Positions 1 through 8,415 of a stretch of 28,473 nt of DNA are shown here, piece after piece. Under the pieces are notes generated by a model. The model was not told the origin of the DNA, did not search any database, and saw only the letters and a list, made by a program, of their open reading frames with translations. Numbering within the stretch: position 1 is the first letter of the stretch; each line of letters starts with the position of its first letter. This DNA is from a virus (Duplodnaviria > Caudoviricetes), in the IMG/VR virus record IMGVR_UViG_3300017912_001846, positions 1-28,473 of that record. One strand, written 5' to 3'. The position numbers were made by a program, and so were the translations under genes.

Positions 1-1
1 A

Positions 2-901
2 GAAGCAGCCTGCGAGATCAATGCCCTCGCGCACGATGGGCTTCTGGCGACCATGCCGCTGTCGAAGATGGCGGCTTCGCTGGGCTGGTCACGCGGCAAG
101 CTGAGGCGGTTTGTTGCCTCCTTCCCAGAAGTGGACGGACAGCAGACGGACATCGACTGGCCAAGTTGGTGGACAGCAAACTCGCGCCCACAAGGGCATC
201 GTAGGAGCGCGACGGACAGCAAACGGACAGCAAACGGACAGCAAACGGACCTATCGCGCGCGCTTTCCTTACAGAGAACAGAGAAAGAACTCTCTCTGTC
301 AGACTTGTCGTCTGACGATTCTCCGGAGTTGACTGTCTGGAAGCACTGGCAACAGTGGCACCCTAAAGCGCGCAAGCTGCGAACCAGTGATGCTCGCAGC
401 ATCCGATCCCGAATCCGAGATGACGACGTCGAGACATGCAAGCTCGTCGCAGAGTGGGTCCACCTCGCCCCCGATGCGTCCTTCTTCCGAGGAGACAACG
501 AACGTCGGACTCCGTACACGTCCTGCGGGACGCTCTACAAGGCCGACAAGTGGTCTATGCGAGTCGAGCGAGCGCAGCAATGGGCGAGAGCAGGCAAACC
601 AAAAGTCGCAACAGGAGGTCAAGAGGAGGCTGCCGAGGCAATCTGGGATCAGCTATGCGCGATCGTCGATCAGGGTCGTTCGCTGCCTCGCAGCGCGGAG
701 GACTTGCAGCAGCACGGGATCTTGGCTTCCAGTGCCGACCTCGTCTGGCAGGTTCTCGGCAGTCTTCCAGGAGGCGGCGGGAAGGTCAGCAAGATTTCTC
801 AGGCACGGACGCAATACGAGCGCCGGGATCTGCGTATGGCGTTCATCACTGGCTACCGTCAGGCCGCTTCAGGCTTGCGCGTAGTCAGCGGAGACAAGTG
901 A
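2..901 (+). CDS. Phage replication initiator (lambda O/DnaD-like), probably 5'-truncated
   Basis: Frame is open from position 2 (track start 53). HTH-like 'LSKMAASLGWSRGKLRRFV', then a low-complexity linker with tandem repeats and a helical C-terminal domain. Lies just upstream of dnaB. Confidence 0.7.
   Translation, partial: EAACEINALAHDGLLATMPLSKMAASLGWSRGKLRRFVASFPEVDGQQTDIDWPSWWTANSRPQGHRRSATDSKRTANGQQTDLSRALSLQRTEKELSLSDLSSDDSPELTVWKHWQQWHPKARKLRTSDARSIRSRIRDDDVETCKLVAEWVHLAPDASFFRGDNERRTPYTSCGTLYKADKWSMRVERAQQWARAGKPKVATGGQEEAAEAIWDQLCAIVDQGRSLPRSAEDLQQHGILASSADLVWQVLGSLPGGGGKVSKISQARTQYERRDLRMAFITGYRQAASGLRVVSGDK
135..250 (+). repeat. 11-bp iteron-like repeats ACGGACAGCAA (putative replication origin)
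   Basis: Perfect tandem copies at 212-222, 223-233 and 234-244 plus a partial copy at 245-250. Degenerate copies at 135-156 and 171-181. Located inside the initiator gene, as for lambdoid origins. Confidence 0.8.
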
Positions 902-1359
902 TGAGCTACTACGATGATCCCCCGTACATCTGCGAGGTTTGCGGCGAGCCGAATCAGTACGAGTGCGAAAAGTTCGACGGCCAGTGCGAACCCTGGATGA
1001 TCGCCATCGTGACCGAGAAGGAGGAGATCGTCGACAAGTTGATGACCGGACCGCACTACGATGCGTTCTGGTTCGTCTATCGGGTCGACGGTCACTGGCA
1101 CGGGACAAGCGACTTCGCGTACCTCAACGTCGGTGATGCTTGGGGCATTCCGCTTGTCTACGACAGCGAGGTGCTGCTCTCGAACTGCGACCGCATTGTT
1201 CGATCTGTCCTGAATGAACGGTCGCCTGATGCCGCAGCGCATGAGCCCATTCGTGCCTATGACTCCTACACTCTCCGCGCATGGGCGATGAACTGGTCAC
1301 GCGAACTAAGCGCTGACATCGTCCTGACGGGGAAGAACCGCACGGCTATCGGACCATGA
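901..1359 (+). CDS. Hypothetical protein, 152 aa, N-terminal Cys cluster (possible Zn finger)
   Basis: ATG at 901 overlaps the upstream TGA and the stop overlaps the dnaB ATG. Contains 'CEVC...C...C'. The track start at 436 overlaps the initiator and is unlikely. Confidence 0.7.
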   Translation: MSYYDDPPYICEVCGEPNQYECEKFDGQCEPWMIAIVTEKEEIVDKLMTGPHYDAFWFVYRVDGHWHGTSDFAYLNVGDAWGIPLVYDSEVLLSNCDRIVRSVLNERSPDAAAHEPIRAYDSYTLRAWAMNWSRELSADIVLTGKNRTAIGP

Positions 1360-2675
1360 AAGCAACGAACGCCGAGCGCGCGCTGCTCGGTTGCCTGTTG
1401 CTCGGAGAGTGGGACAACGAACTGACTGCGGACCTGTTCCACAGCGCAAGCCATGTCCGAATCTTCGGTCACATCAAGGCGTTGCACGAAGAAGGCATCG
1501 CGCCTGATGTGGTTACGATCTCATCCAGGCTGCTCGCCTTTGGAGAGGAGGAGCAGACTCGCGTCGGCGGGCTGGACTATGTTCAGAACCTACCGGAGAT
1601 GGTCCCGACCAGCAGAGGCTGGGATCGCTACGTTCGTGTCTGCGCTGATGCTGCAACGCGTCGCCGCATCCGAGTAGCGGCTGATGAACTTGCCGCAGCT
1701 TCCGCAGACCCTGACGAGGATCTGGTGTCGGTTCTGGACCGCGCCGAACAAGCCTTGTCGCAGTTGACTCCGCAAACGAACGTCGCTGCTGTCGATGCGA
1801 AGGAAGGTGCCGAACGTGCATGGGGCCTGCTGGAATCTAGGATGGAGGCGCGACAACGAGGTCAGACGATCTGCGCTTGCACGACAGGCATTAGTGACCT
1901 CGACGAACGACTGCTGCCAGCGCTTCAGGCAGGATGTCTGACGGTCGTTGCTGCTCGTCCTGGTATGGGCAAGAGCGTAATGGCGGCGCAATGGGCAATC
2001 AAGACATCGCAACGTCGTCAGGGTGTCGCGTTCTTCTCGTTAGAGATGGGTGTCGAGCAACTTACCCACCGAGGCTGGGCATCGCTGGCAACTGTTGACC
2101 TCGACCGATTCCTGTCAGGCGATCCGAACGTGTCGCAGCTACAGGACATCGAAGACGCTCACAGCATCTGGCACGACTTGCCGCTGTTCATCTGTGACCG
2201 AGGCGGAATCACCCTGAGCGAGATTCGGTCTATCGTGCGGCAGCTTCGCGTACAGATGCAGCGAGCAGGAACTCCGCTCGGCTTGATCGTCGTCGACTAT
2301 CTGCAACTGATGGGCGCTCCGCGACATCTGAAGAGTCGCGAAGAAGCAGTCGCGCACAACAGCCAAGGATTGAAAGCGCTCGCCAAGGAATGCGGGGTGC
2401 CGGTGCTGATGCTGTCTCAACTAAACCGGGGCGTCGAGTCCAGACCGAACAAGCGACCGCTCCTGTCGGATCTCCGAGAGTCAGGAGCAATCGAGCAGGA
2501 CGCCGATGCGGTCATGTTCCTCTATCGCCACGGCTACTACTTCCAGGACACCGACGATCCTGAGCATACCGAGTGCATCGTGGCGAAGCTGCGAGACGGA
2601 CAGTGCGGAACAGTCCATACCCAATTCCAAGGCCGGTACTCGCGCTTCCTCAAACTGGAGCGAAGGTATGCATGA
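1356..2675 (+). CDS. dnaB: Replicative DNA helicase (DnaB family)
   Basis: N-terminal 'AERALLGCLL', Walker A 'AARPGMGKS', 'FFSLEM', Walker B 'IVVDYLQLM', 'LSQLNR', 'SDLRESGAIEQDAD' and 'KLRDG'. Confidence 0.97.
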   Translation: MKATNAERALLGCLLLGEWDNELTADLFHSASHVRIFGHIKALHEEGIAPDVVTISSRLLAFGEEEQTRVGGLDYVQNLPEMVPTSRGWDRYVRVCADAATRRRIRVAADELAAASADPDEDLVSVLDRAEQALSQLTPQTNVAAVDAKEGAERAWGLLESRMEARQRGQTICACTTGISDLDERLLPALQAGCLTVVAARPGMGKSVMAAQWAIKTSQRRQGVAFFSLEMGVEQLTHRGWASLATVDLDRFLSGDPNVSQLQDIEDAHSIWHDLPLFICDRGGITLSEIRSIVRQLRVQMQRAGTPLGLIVVDYLQLMGAPRHLKSREEAVAHNSQGLKALAKECGVPVLMLSQLNRGVESRPNKRPLLSDLRESGAIEQDADAVMFLYRHGYYFQDTDDPEHTECIVAKLRDGQCGTVHTQFQGRYSRFLKLERRYA

Positions 2676-2684
2676 CGATCGCAG

Positions 2685-2740
2685 AAAAAAAAACCGAGGC
2701 AGGCTGAAACAAAAATCCTCAACCTTGCGTACTACGCGCA
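2685..2740 (+). promoter_or_regulatory. Conserved early-type promoter, copy 1
   Basis: A9 (2685-2693), GAAACAA (2706-2712), GCGTACTACGC (2727-2737), then leader 'cacggagagaacATG'. Confidence 0.7.
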
Positions 2741-2755
2741 GAACACGGAGAGAAC

Positions 2756-2965
2756 ATGACTACCGCAGACCTCCCAGCCGACGTTGCCCGCATGATTGCC
2801 GAGCTTCGTCCCTTCATCGTCCGTCGCATCCAGAGAGGACAGTCCTTCGAAGCTGCCCTTCGCGCCGCGCCGCAGGATGCTCACGAATACGCGCTGAATC
2901 GTCGCCAGCAGATCCTGGATGAGGTCTACGACCGACTTGCTGTTGCGAAGGAGGTGACCCAATGA
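2756..2965 (+). CDS. Hypothetical protein, 69 aa
   Basis: GGAG RBS, follows the conserved promoter, ATGA-coupled to the next gene. Confidence 0.75.
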   Translation: MTTADLPADVARMIAELRPFIVRRIQRGQSFEAALRAAPQDAHEYALNRRQQILDEVYDRLAVAKEVTQ

Positions 2966-3420
2966 TGACGATGCAACAGCAAGTGGAGGCGGGCTGGCGG
3001 CGAATCTCTCAGTTGGAGAACGAATCCGAAGACCGATTGCAGGTCATCAGAGATTTAGAAGAGGAACGAGACGACCAGCAGATCAAGATCGACAATCTGG
3101 AAGAGGAGGTCGAACGGCTGAAGGACTTGCTGACCTCCTACAAGGGCGAAGCCGCAGCCCTGCGGCAGGACAACGAAGAGCTTCAAGCGAAGGTCAAGCG
3201 TCTGGAGCACATGCCTGCCATACCCCTCGCCCGTGGGATGCCGGTGGACCTCAACGACCCGCAGGGCTTTGGCTACGCCCTGAGAGTCGTGGGCCAGAAG
3301 TATGCCGTCATCGACCCCGCCAGTTCGTGGTGGCAGATCACGGACCGCTGGATCGACGACATGACTACGGACGAGGACCGAGTCGTCCTCGCGAAGGCAC
3401 TGAAGGAGGCTTCGTCATGA
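2962..3420 (+). CDS. Coiled-coil hypothetical protein, 152 aa
   Basis: GGAGG RBS, long heptad-rich N-terminal half, ATGA overlaps on both sides. Confidence 0.8.
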   Translation: MMTMQQQVEAGWRRISQLENESEDRLQVIRDLEEERDDQQIKIDNLEEEVERLKDLLTSYKGEAAALRQDNEELQAKVKRLEHMPAIPLARGMPVDLNDPQGFGYALRVVGQKYAVIDPASSWWQITDRWIDDMTTDEDRVVLAKALKEASS

Positions 3421-4502
3421 GCGCAAGGATACGAGGACTCCTTGACACAGCGCAGGTCTACTCGACGCGCGACGAGTGGCTTGAAGGTCGCAAGGCATAC
3501 GCGGCAGCGCTTTCGTGCAGCGACATCGCGGCGATCCTGCTGGGAGAGGCGGGAGGAGCCTACTACGACGGCTGGACCGTTTGGGCGCGACAGCATGCGC
3601 CGGAGTTGCTGCCACCGGACGACAGCAACGCAGACAACGAAGACTTCCAACGAGGGCACGACTTAGAGCCTGCCGTGCTTCGGATGTACGAGCGAAAGCG
3701 CGAGGTGCAGTTATTCTGGCCATGGCAGACTCCGCACATCATCTTCGATGGGACAGACATCGGCGCGCCTTGGTTGCGTGGTAGTCCAGACCACTTCGCA
3801 GCGATGCTGCCAGGAGGCGAGATCGGTGGCGTTGAAGTCAAGACGACTCGCAATCACCATGAGTGGGCGACTGGTCAGAAGTATGTCGTCGAGTCCTGGA
3901 CTCCGAACGCCGCTCGTCTGGTGCCTCCTCGCGTCGCGTTGCAGGTCTACGGCTACCTCGCCATCACCGGTCTGCCGTGGTGGGATGTTGTCGCTTGCAT
4001 GATCTACCGAGGGCTCGAACTGCGGGTGGTACGCATCCTGCGGAACGAGGCGCTTCAGACGCGCATCATCGACAAACTTGACAAGTGGCGCGAGGTGCAT
4101 CTCATCCGAGGCGAGGCTCCTGCCTTCAGCAGTAGCGCCGTCTGCCGACAGTACAGCGACCGCAAGCAACTCAACCCAGAGAAGCGCATGCGGACAGCCT
4201 CGACCCGAGAGGCATGGCTGATGCGGCAGGTCGAGGACTACAAGAAAGCCGAGCGGGACAATCGACGTCGGGCCGATGCAGCGCGAAACGAGCTAGCGAG
4301 CCTGATAGGAGAAGACTACGGATGTCGCCTCGATGATCGTCCGAGCGCTCCGAAGGCTACACTCTCGGAGTCGTCGCGCGAGAGTGTCAGCTTGCGGCGA
4401 CTGCGAGCCGAAGCCCCGGACATCTACAACGAGTTGAAGCAGAAAGGCATCATCACCACCTCGCGTTCGCGTCGTCTGAAAGTCTCAGGACTGCACGAAT
4501 AG
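3417..4502 (+). CDS. YqaJ/lambda-exonuclease family recombination nuclease
   Basis: Motifs 'EWLEGRK', 'CSDIAAILLG', 'RGHDLEP', 'SPD', 'VEVKT' and 'QVYGYLAITG'. Start placed at ATG 3417 behind AAGGAGG. Adjacent to a RecT-like gene. Confidence 0.9.
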   Translation: MSARIRGLLDTAQVYSTRDEWLEGRKAYAAALSCSDIAAILLGEAGGAYYDGWTVWARQHAPELLPPDDSNADNEDFQRGHDLEPAVLRMYERKREVQLFWPWQTPHIIFDGTDIGAPWLRGSPDHFAAMLPGGEIGGVEVKTTRNHHEWATGQKYVVESWTPNAARLVPPRVALQVYGYLAITGLPWWDVVACMIYRGLELRVVRILRNEALQTRIIDKLDKWREVHLIRGEAPAFSSSAVCRQYSDRKQLNPEKRMRTASTREAWLMRQVEDYKKAERDNRRRADAARNELASLIGEDYGCRLDDRPSAPKATLSESSRESVSLRRLRAEAPDIYNELKQKGIITTSRSRRLKVSGLHE

Positions 4503-4548
4503 TTCTGACCTGGACGACGTACACGCATCGCAACCCAAGGGAGCAATC

Positions 4549-5331
4549 ATGACAACTGAACTATCGCTTTTCACCAGCAACGAGACGCTGCAACACGGCA
4601 CCGAGGTCGCGCGCGTCTTCGCTAACTCAGGGCTGATGCCTGACGCGCTGCGGAAGAACGGAGACGCGCTGGCGAATGCCATCATCTGCTTCGAAGTCGC
4701 CCGCATGATCAACGTGCATCCGTTGACGGTCATGCAGGAGGTCTACTTCGTCCACGGGACGCCGTCGTTCTCGTCGAAGTTCAAAATCGCCCTCGTCAAT
4801 CGGTCAGGCGTCCTGGAGAATCCAATCGACTTCGAAGAGGAGCGCGCCGAGAATGGCTACCTCCAAGCAGTCGAGGCGTTCGCTGTTCTCAAAGCGACTG
4901 GAAAGCGCGTCTCGTTCCGAGTCACGATGCAGATGGCTCAGGGCGAAGGCTGGACCAAAAACCCGAAGTACAAGTCGATGCCGGAACTGATGCTTCGCTA
5001 TCGCGCTGCTTCGTTCCTGATTCGCCTGTACTGCCCCGAGGTGCTGCTGGGTCTGGGACTTAGCCTTCGGACGACTGAAGAGCTTATGGACGACGACAGG
5101 CCCATTCAACAGCCTATCGAAACGACTGCAACGGTCGTCGAGCCGCAGCCTGACCCTCTGACGCGAGCGCTCGGCATGGATGACAGCGAGTCGTTGACTC
5201 CTGACGAAAATTGGCTCACCGACCAGGAGGAGGTCGATTCCTTGCTCGACGCCTGCTTGGGTCCGGTGTCGGAGCCAGTGCAAGAGAAGCAGTCGCCTGA
5301 ACTGCCGCTCAACCCTCCTGCGGACTGGTAG
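4549..5331 (+). CDS. RecT/Red-beta-like single-strand annealing protein
   Basis: 'SGLMPDAL', 'HPLTVMQEVYFVHGTPSFSSKF' and 'MPELMLRYRAASFLIRLYCPEVLLG', with an acidic C-terminal tail. Paired with the exonuclease. Confidence 0.8.
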   Translation: MTTELSLFTSNETLQHGTEVARVFANSGLMPDALRKNGDALANAIICFEVARMINVHPLTVMQEVYFVHGTPSFSSKFKIALVNRSGVLENPIDFEEERAENGYLQAVEAFAVLKATGKRVSFRVTMQMAQGEGWTKNPKYKSMPELMLRYRAASFLIRLYCPEVLLGLGLSLRTTEELMDDDRPIQQPIETTATVVEPQPDPLTRALGMDDSESLTPDENWLTDQEEVDSLLDACLGPVSEPVQEKQSPELPLNPPADW

Positions 5332-5340
5332 GTTCAGATC

Positions 5341-5541
5341 ATGACATCGGACGTCGCAGTCCTGCGATCTTGCATAGGCTGCGGCTTCGTTTGGCGTAGT
5401 TCGTCAACTCAGTGCAGCCGTTGCCCTGACATTGGCGAGCCGCTGCCTGACGATCATCCGGAGGCAATCAAGGACCGCTATAGGCGGCAGGGCGACCGGA
5501 ATCTGGAGGTATTCAAAAAAAACGCGGAGGGTCTGCAATAG
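5341..5541 (+). CDS. Small Zn-ribbon protein, 66 aa
   Basis: Two CxxC pairs (CIGC, CSRC). Fills the gap after the RecT-like gene. Weak RBS. Confidence 0.55.
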   Translation: MTSDVAVLRSCIGCGFVWRSSSTQCSRCPDIGEPLPDDHPEAIKDRYRRQGDRNLEVFKKNAEGLQ

Positions 5542-5570
5542 GTCGCGGAGGTCTGCGTATTACCGGCACC
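5515..5570 (+). promoter_or_regulatory. Conserved early-type promoter, copy 2
   Basis: A8 (5515-5522), GCAATAG (5535-5541), GCGTATTAC (5555-5563), leader 'caacaacggagagcaacATG'. Confidence 0.75.
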
Positions 5571-5586
5571 AACAACGGAGAGCAAC

Positions 5587-5985
5587 ATGACGCGCAACGA
5601 ATTGATGATCACCCCGCTGGCCGAAATGAACGCCGAGCAGGTCGATCTCGTCGTCCGATGCCAGCGTATGGCCAACGAGAAGCCCAGCGCGCCAGAGCAG
5701 CGCGTGCTTGATCTGATGAGCGCCGGTGACATCGACGTGTATCAGATGGGATCGGCCCTTGCTGGAAGCCGGTACAACTTGGTCAGCGAGGACGTCGACA
5801 CCAGGACGACCGAGAGCGTCCTGAACCGTCTGGCCATGCGCGGGCTGATCGAAGGCACTGTCCAACAGCACGCGGACGGCAGCTACTACATCCACGCAGA
5901 CTGCTGCACCTACCGGGGCGGCATCCTGGAAGCCCCTGCGCAGACCGTCGACGAGTTGACGGTCGCTAAGTGGCTGGCGATGTAA
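5587..5985 (+). CDS. Hypothetical protein, 132 aa (possible winged-helix)
   Basis: Strong RBS with its own promoter and terminator. 'EQRVLDLM...ESVLNRLAMRGLIEG' resembles a wHTH pattern. Confidence 0.8.
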   Translation: MTRNELMITPLAEMNAEQVDLVVRCQRMANEKPSAPEQRVLDLMSAGDIDVYQMGSALAGSRYNLVSEDVDTRTTESVLNRLAMRGLIEGTVQQHADGSYYIHADCCTYRGGILEAPAQTVDELTVAKWLAM

Positions 5986-5995
5986 AGGCGCACAC

Positions 5996-6018
5996 GGTCG
6001 CCCTCGGGCGGCCCTTTT
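5996..6018 (+). terminator. Intrinsic terminator at the early/late convergence
   Basis: GGTCGCC-ctcg-GGCGGCC hairpin followed by cTTTT, between convergent stop codons. Confidence 0.75.
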
Positions 6019-6026
6019 GCGTTTAC

Positions 6027-6416
6027 CTATTCCAGGTCGATGTCAAGCTCTCGCGCAATCACATCGAGCTTGTGGTCGATGTCAGCTAGCTCCGTCGAGA
6101 GTCGCTGTTCCTGGGCGAGCAGTTCGATCTGACGGTCTTTCGCAAGGTCTGCCCGCAGGCGCTGCTCCATCAGGTCGAGGTCGTCCTGGTGGATGATATC
6201 GCCGCCCATCAGCATCGCGCTGAAGCCCGCCCCGCCGCCGCCGCTCAATAGGAGCAGGAGCGTACCGACGCCGCCGAGTTGTCCGATGGTCAGATTCGAA
6301 ATGAAGCCGGTGCGACCTGTCGATGCCGAGGCTGATGCCGATGGGATGGGATCAAGCGTCACCGGAGGACTCGTCGGCGGGTCAGTTGTTGACTCGACGT
6401 GCGGAGCAGAAGTCAT
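6027..6416 (-). CDS. Membrane protein with C-terminal coiled coil (holin/lysis-accessory candidate)
   Basis: Hydrophobic Gly-rich segment 'LGGVGTLLLLLSGGGGAGFSAMLMGG' and a heptad tail. Last gene of the late operon. Confidence 0.55.
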   Translation of the reverse strand: MTSAPHVESTTDPPTSPPVTLDPIPSASASASTGRTGFISNLTIGQLGGVGTLLLLLSGGGGAGFSAMLMGGDIIHQDDLDLMEQRLRADLAKDRQIELLAQEQRLSTELADIDHKLDVIARELDIDLE

Positions 6417-6631
6417 CAGTCGGCCATTGCTTCGGAGAGGACTGCGCGAAGATCGGCCACCTCTCGGCCAATCTTGGCAGCTTCTGCCGCGTCGATCTCG
6501 CCGTCTGTCATCGCAGCGGTGATGGCGCTAGCGACGTCCATCACCTCCAGGGCGATAAGCAGGGCTTCCGCCTTGTCGATGTGACCTGCCTTTCCGACGA
6601 TGCGGTCTCGCAATTGCTTTAGCTTGTCCAT
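6416..6631 (-). CDS. Hypothetical helical protein, 71 aa (lysis region)
   Basis: TGATG coupling to the next gene. Amphipathic helices with 'DGEIDAAEA'. Confidence 0.7.
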   Translation of the reverse strand: MDKLKQLRDRIVGKAGHIDKAEALLIALEVMDVASAITAAMTDGEIDAAEAAKIGREVADLRAVLSEAMAD

Positions 6632-6640
6632 GAATGACCT

Positions 6641-7231
6641 TCAGATGAGCGTAGCGGTGAATAGGGTTTCGTAGCGCTGCAAGACGTCGTCAGCGCTTTC
6701 CGGTTTGAGTGCCCTGGTGGGCCACATCCCGCCCCAATTGCGGGCATTCGGCACCGAGCAGGAGCGCGAGCCGATGCCGTCGATCCCGAAGGCGTTGTTC
6801 GCTTCCAGGTACGCGAAGCCAAGCCCTTCTTCGTCGCGACAACAACGGACGAAGAACGCATGTCCTCGACTGCCATTCCAGCCCTGACAGATAAGCCAGT
6901 CTCCTTCGCGCACATGGCGCGGGATGTCACGATGAACACGGCAAGCCAAGCCTAGCCGCACAGCAACATCAACACCGCCAGCTGCGCCGAGTTCCTGAAT
7001 CATCCACTCCGACCAGTCTGCCGAGGAAAACTGAAAGCCCTGCCGCCCGAGCAGGTACGCCGCCCAGATCGTCGCCTTCGCCTGGAACGTCGAGCAATTC
7101 CAAGCACTGGAGTTCGGCAGCGTTGCCGTTCCCATCGGGTTTCCGTCAACAGGCCCACCCCCGCCCCCGTACGGAGCTTCTCGCCAGCCTGGAGCCGATG
7201 ACAGTCGAAGCAGGATGTCCCAATCAGACAT
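6641..7231 (-). CDS. NlpC/P60-CHAP superfamily cysteine peptidase (putative endolysin)
   Basis: Cys 'NCSTF', then 'EGDW', His 'GHAFFV' and 'LEAN' in the canonical order. Lies upstream of small and membrane genes at the operon end. Confidence 0.7.
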   Translation of the reverse strand: MSDWDILLRLSSAPGWREAPYGGGGGPVDGNPMGTATLPNSSAWNCSTFQAKATIWAAYLLGRQGFQFSSADWSEWMIQELGAAGGVDVAVRLGLACRVHRDIPRHVREGDWLICQGWNGSRGHAFFVRCCRDEEGLGFAYLEANNAFGIDGIGSRSCSVPNARNWGGMWPTRALKPESADDVLQRYETLFTATLI

Positions 7232-7950
7232 CAGTCAAGCCCATGGTGCGCGAGCAACTGATACTGAACTTTCAGCCCTGTCAGAGTCCCGTTGTAGGAG
7301 CCATCGCCCTTCGCCGCCTGATTGCCGATGCCGACGAGTAAGAACTGGTCGTTATCGGTCATCGCGGTTCCGGGATCGACGCTTCGATTCTGCCCGGCTC
7401 GCACTGTTCGACCACTGTTGGCACTCTGACCGCACGACCCATCCTGTCGGTCGCTCCGGTAGTTGATCATGCCTCCGAGGAATCGCGCGTCGTTGACGCT
7501 TTGATTGTTTGTCGGGGTCTGACCGTAGTCGTTGCCGCCGACCGACGCCGACGAGCTTTTCAACTGCGAAGATAGGTAGACGCCGCCATCGGAAACTGGA
7601 TCCGAGTCGTTACCGACCCCGAGGTATAGCTCCCACGTACCGGCGAGCGACGTTGACCACGTAGCGCGAATCGCGACGCCAAAGTGCTTTGTCCGGTCGA
7701 AGTCAGACAGTTGCAGCGTGAAGAAAAGACCGTCCATGCTGGAGTCGATGCGGCCATGATTGGTGCCGTCCAGGACGATCGTTGACTCGGTTCCAAGCGA
7801 CGAACCCGAGGTGGTGTACAAGCCGTTGTCGTCGTTCTTCGTGAACGCGCTGAGGTCAGCATCCGTCCAGGCAGATGCAGCCGTAGCGCCGCCGATAGCC
7901 GGAACGATAGTAGGAGAGGCTGGAGAGAATCCAGGACGGGCGAGCGCCAT
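7231..7950 (-). CDS. Putative tail-tip/receptor-binding protein, 239 aa
   Basis: Gly/Ser/Thr/Asp-rich beta-type composition. Located after the hub gene. Confidence 0.5.
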   Translation of the reverse strand: MALARPGFSPASPTIVPAIGGATAASAWTDADLSAFTKNDDNGLYTTSGSSLGTESTIVLDGTNHGRIDSSMDGLFFTLQLSDFDRTKHFGVAIRATWSTSLAGTWELYLGVGNDSDPVSDGGVYLSSQLKSSSASVGGNDYGQTPTNNQSVNDARFLGGMINYRSDRQDGSCGQSANSGRTVRAGQNRSVDPGTAMTDNDQFLLVGIGNQAAKGDGSYNGTLTGLKVQYQLLAHHGLD

Positions 7951-7952
7951 GA

Positions 7953-8327
7953 CTACCAGCCGACCGTCAGGTGGTACTCGCTGACCACTGTGTTGTCGGT
8001 TCCGGTGTTTACTTTGGAGCGGTGGTACAGGATGCCGTCTGACGAGTAGCCAGTGACTCCACCCGTCACGCTGTTGTCAGCAGTCGCTGCGGCGGCATCG
8101 TTGTCGAGGATGACGTTCGCGCCCGATGGATTCGTAGCGCGACCCAGGATGGGATCGACCGATGCGCCACTTCCAGAAGTAAGCGAGCAGATTTGACGAT
8201 GAACCCGGAACTTCGTCACGCCGATGGTGATGGTCGCCTCCGACCCGGAGGCTGCTTCGGTCTCGGAAACAGTGACCAGGATTTCAGAACCCTTGCGAGT
8301 CACGGTCACCGTTGCAGCGTATGCCAT
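7953..8327 (-). CDS. Small beta-sandwich virion protein, 124 aa
   Basis: GAGGAG RBS, Thr/Ser/Val-rich alternating pattern, tail region. Confidence 0.6.
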   Translation of the reverse strand: MAYAATVTVTRKGSEILVTVSETEAASGSEATITIGVTKFRVHRQICSLTSGSGASVDPILGRATNPSGANVILDNDAAAATADNSVTGGVTGYSSDGILYHRSKVNTGTDNTVVSEYHLTVGW

Positions 8328-8415
8328 GTCGTCTCCTCGATCAGTCAGTCAGTCTGGAGGAGTCCACTCTATCAGGCGAACGTCATCGCCGCATTCTGGA
8401 TCGACAGCAGCGACG

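Noticed and set aside
135-250. CRISPR array or DGR repeat
   Set aside because: The units are 11 bp and tandem without spacers. No cas or reverse transcriptase genes are seen.
436-900. N-terminal extension of the 307-aa track ORF 436..1359
   Set aside because: It overlaps the initiator out of frame with Arg-rich shadow composition. ATG 901 is coupled to the upstream stop.
6240-6270. Lipoprotein/spanin signal 'LLLLLSGG' in the 129-aa protein
   Set aside because: There is no Cys at the lipobox position and the segment is about 50 aa from the start.
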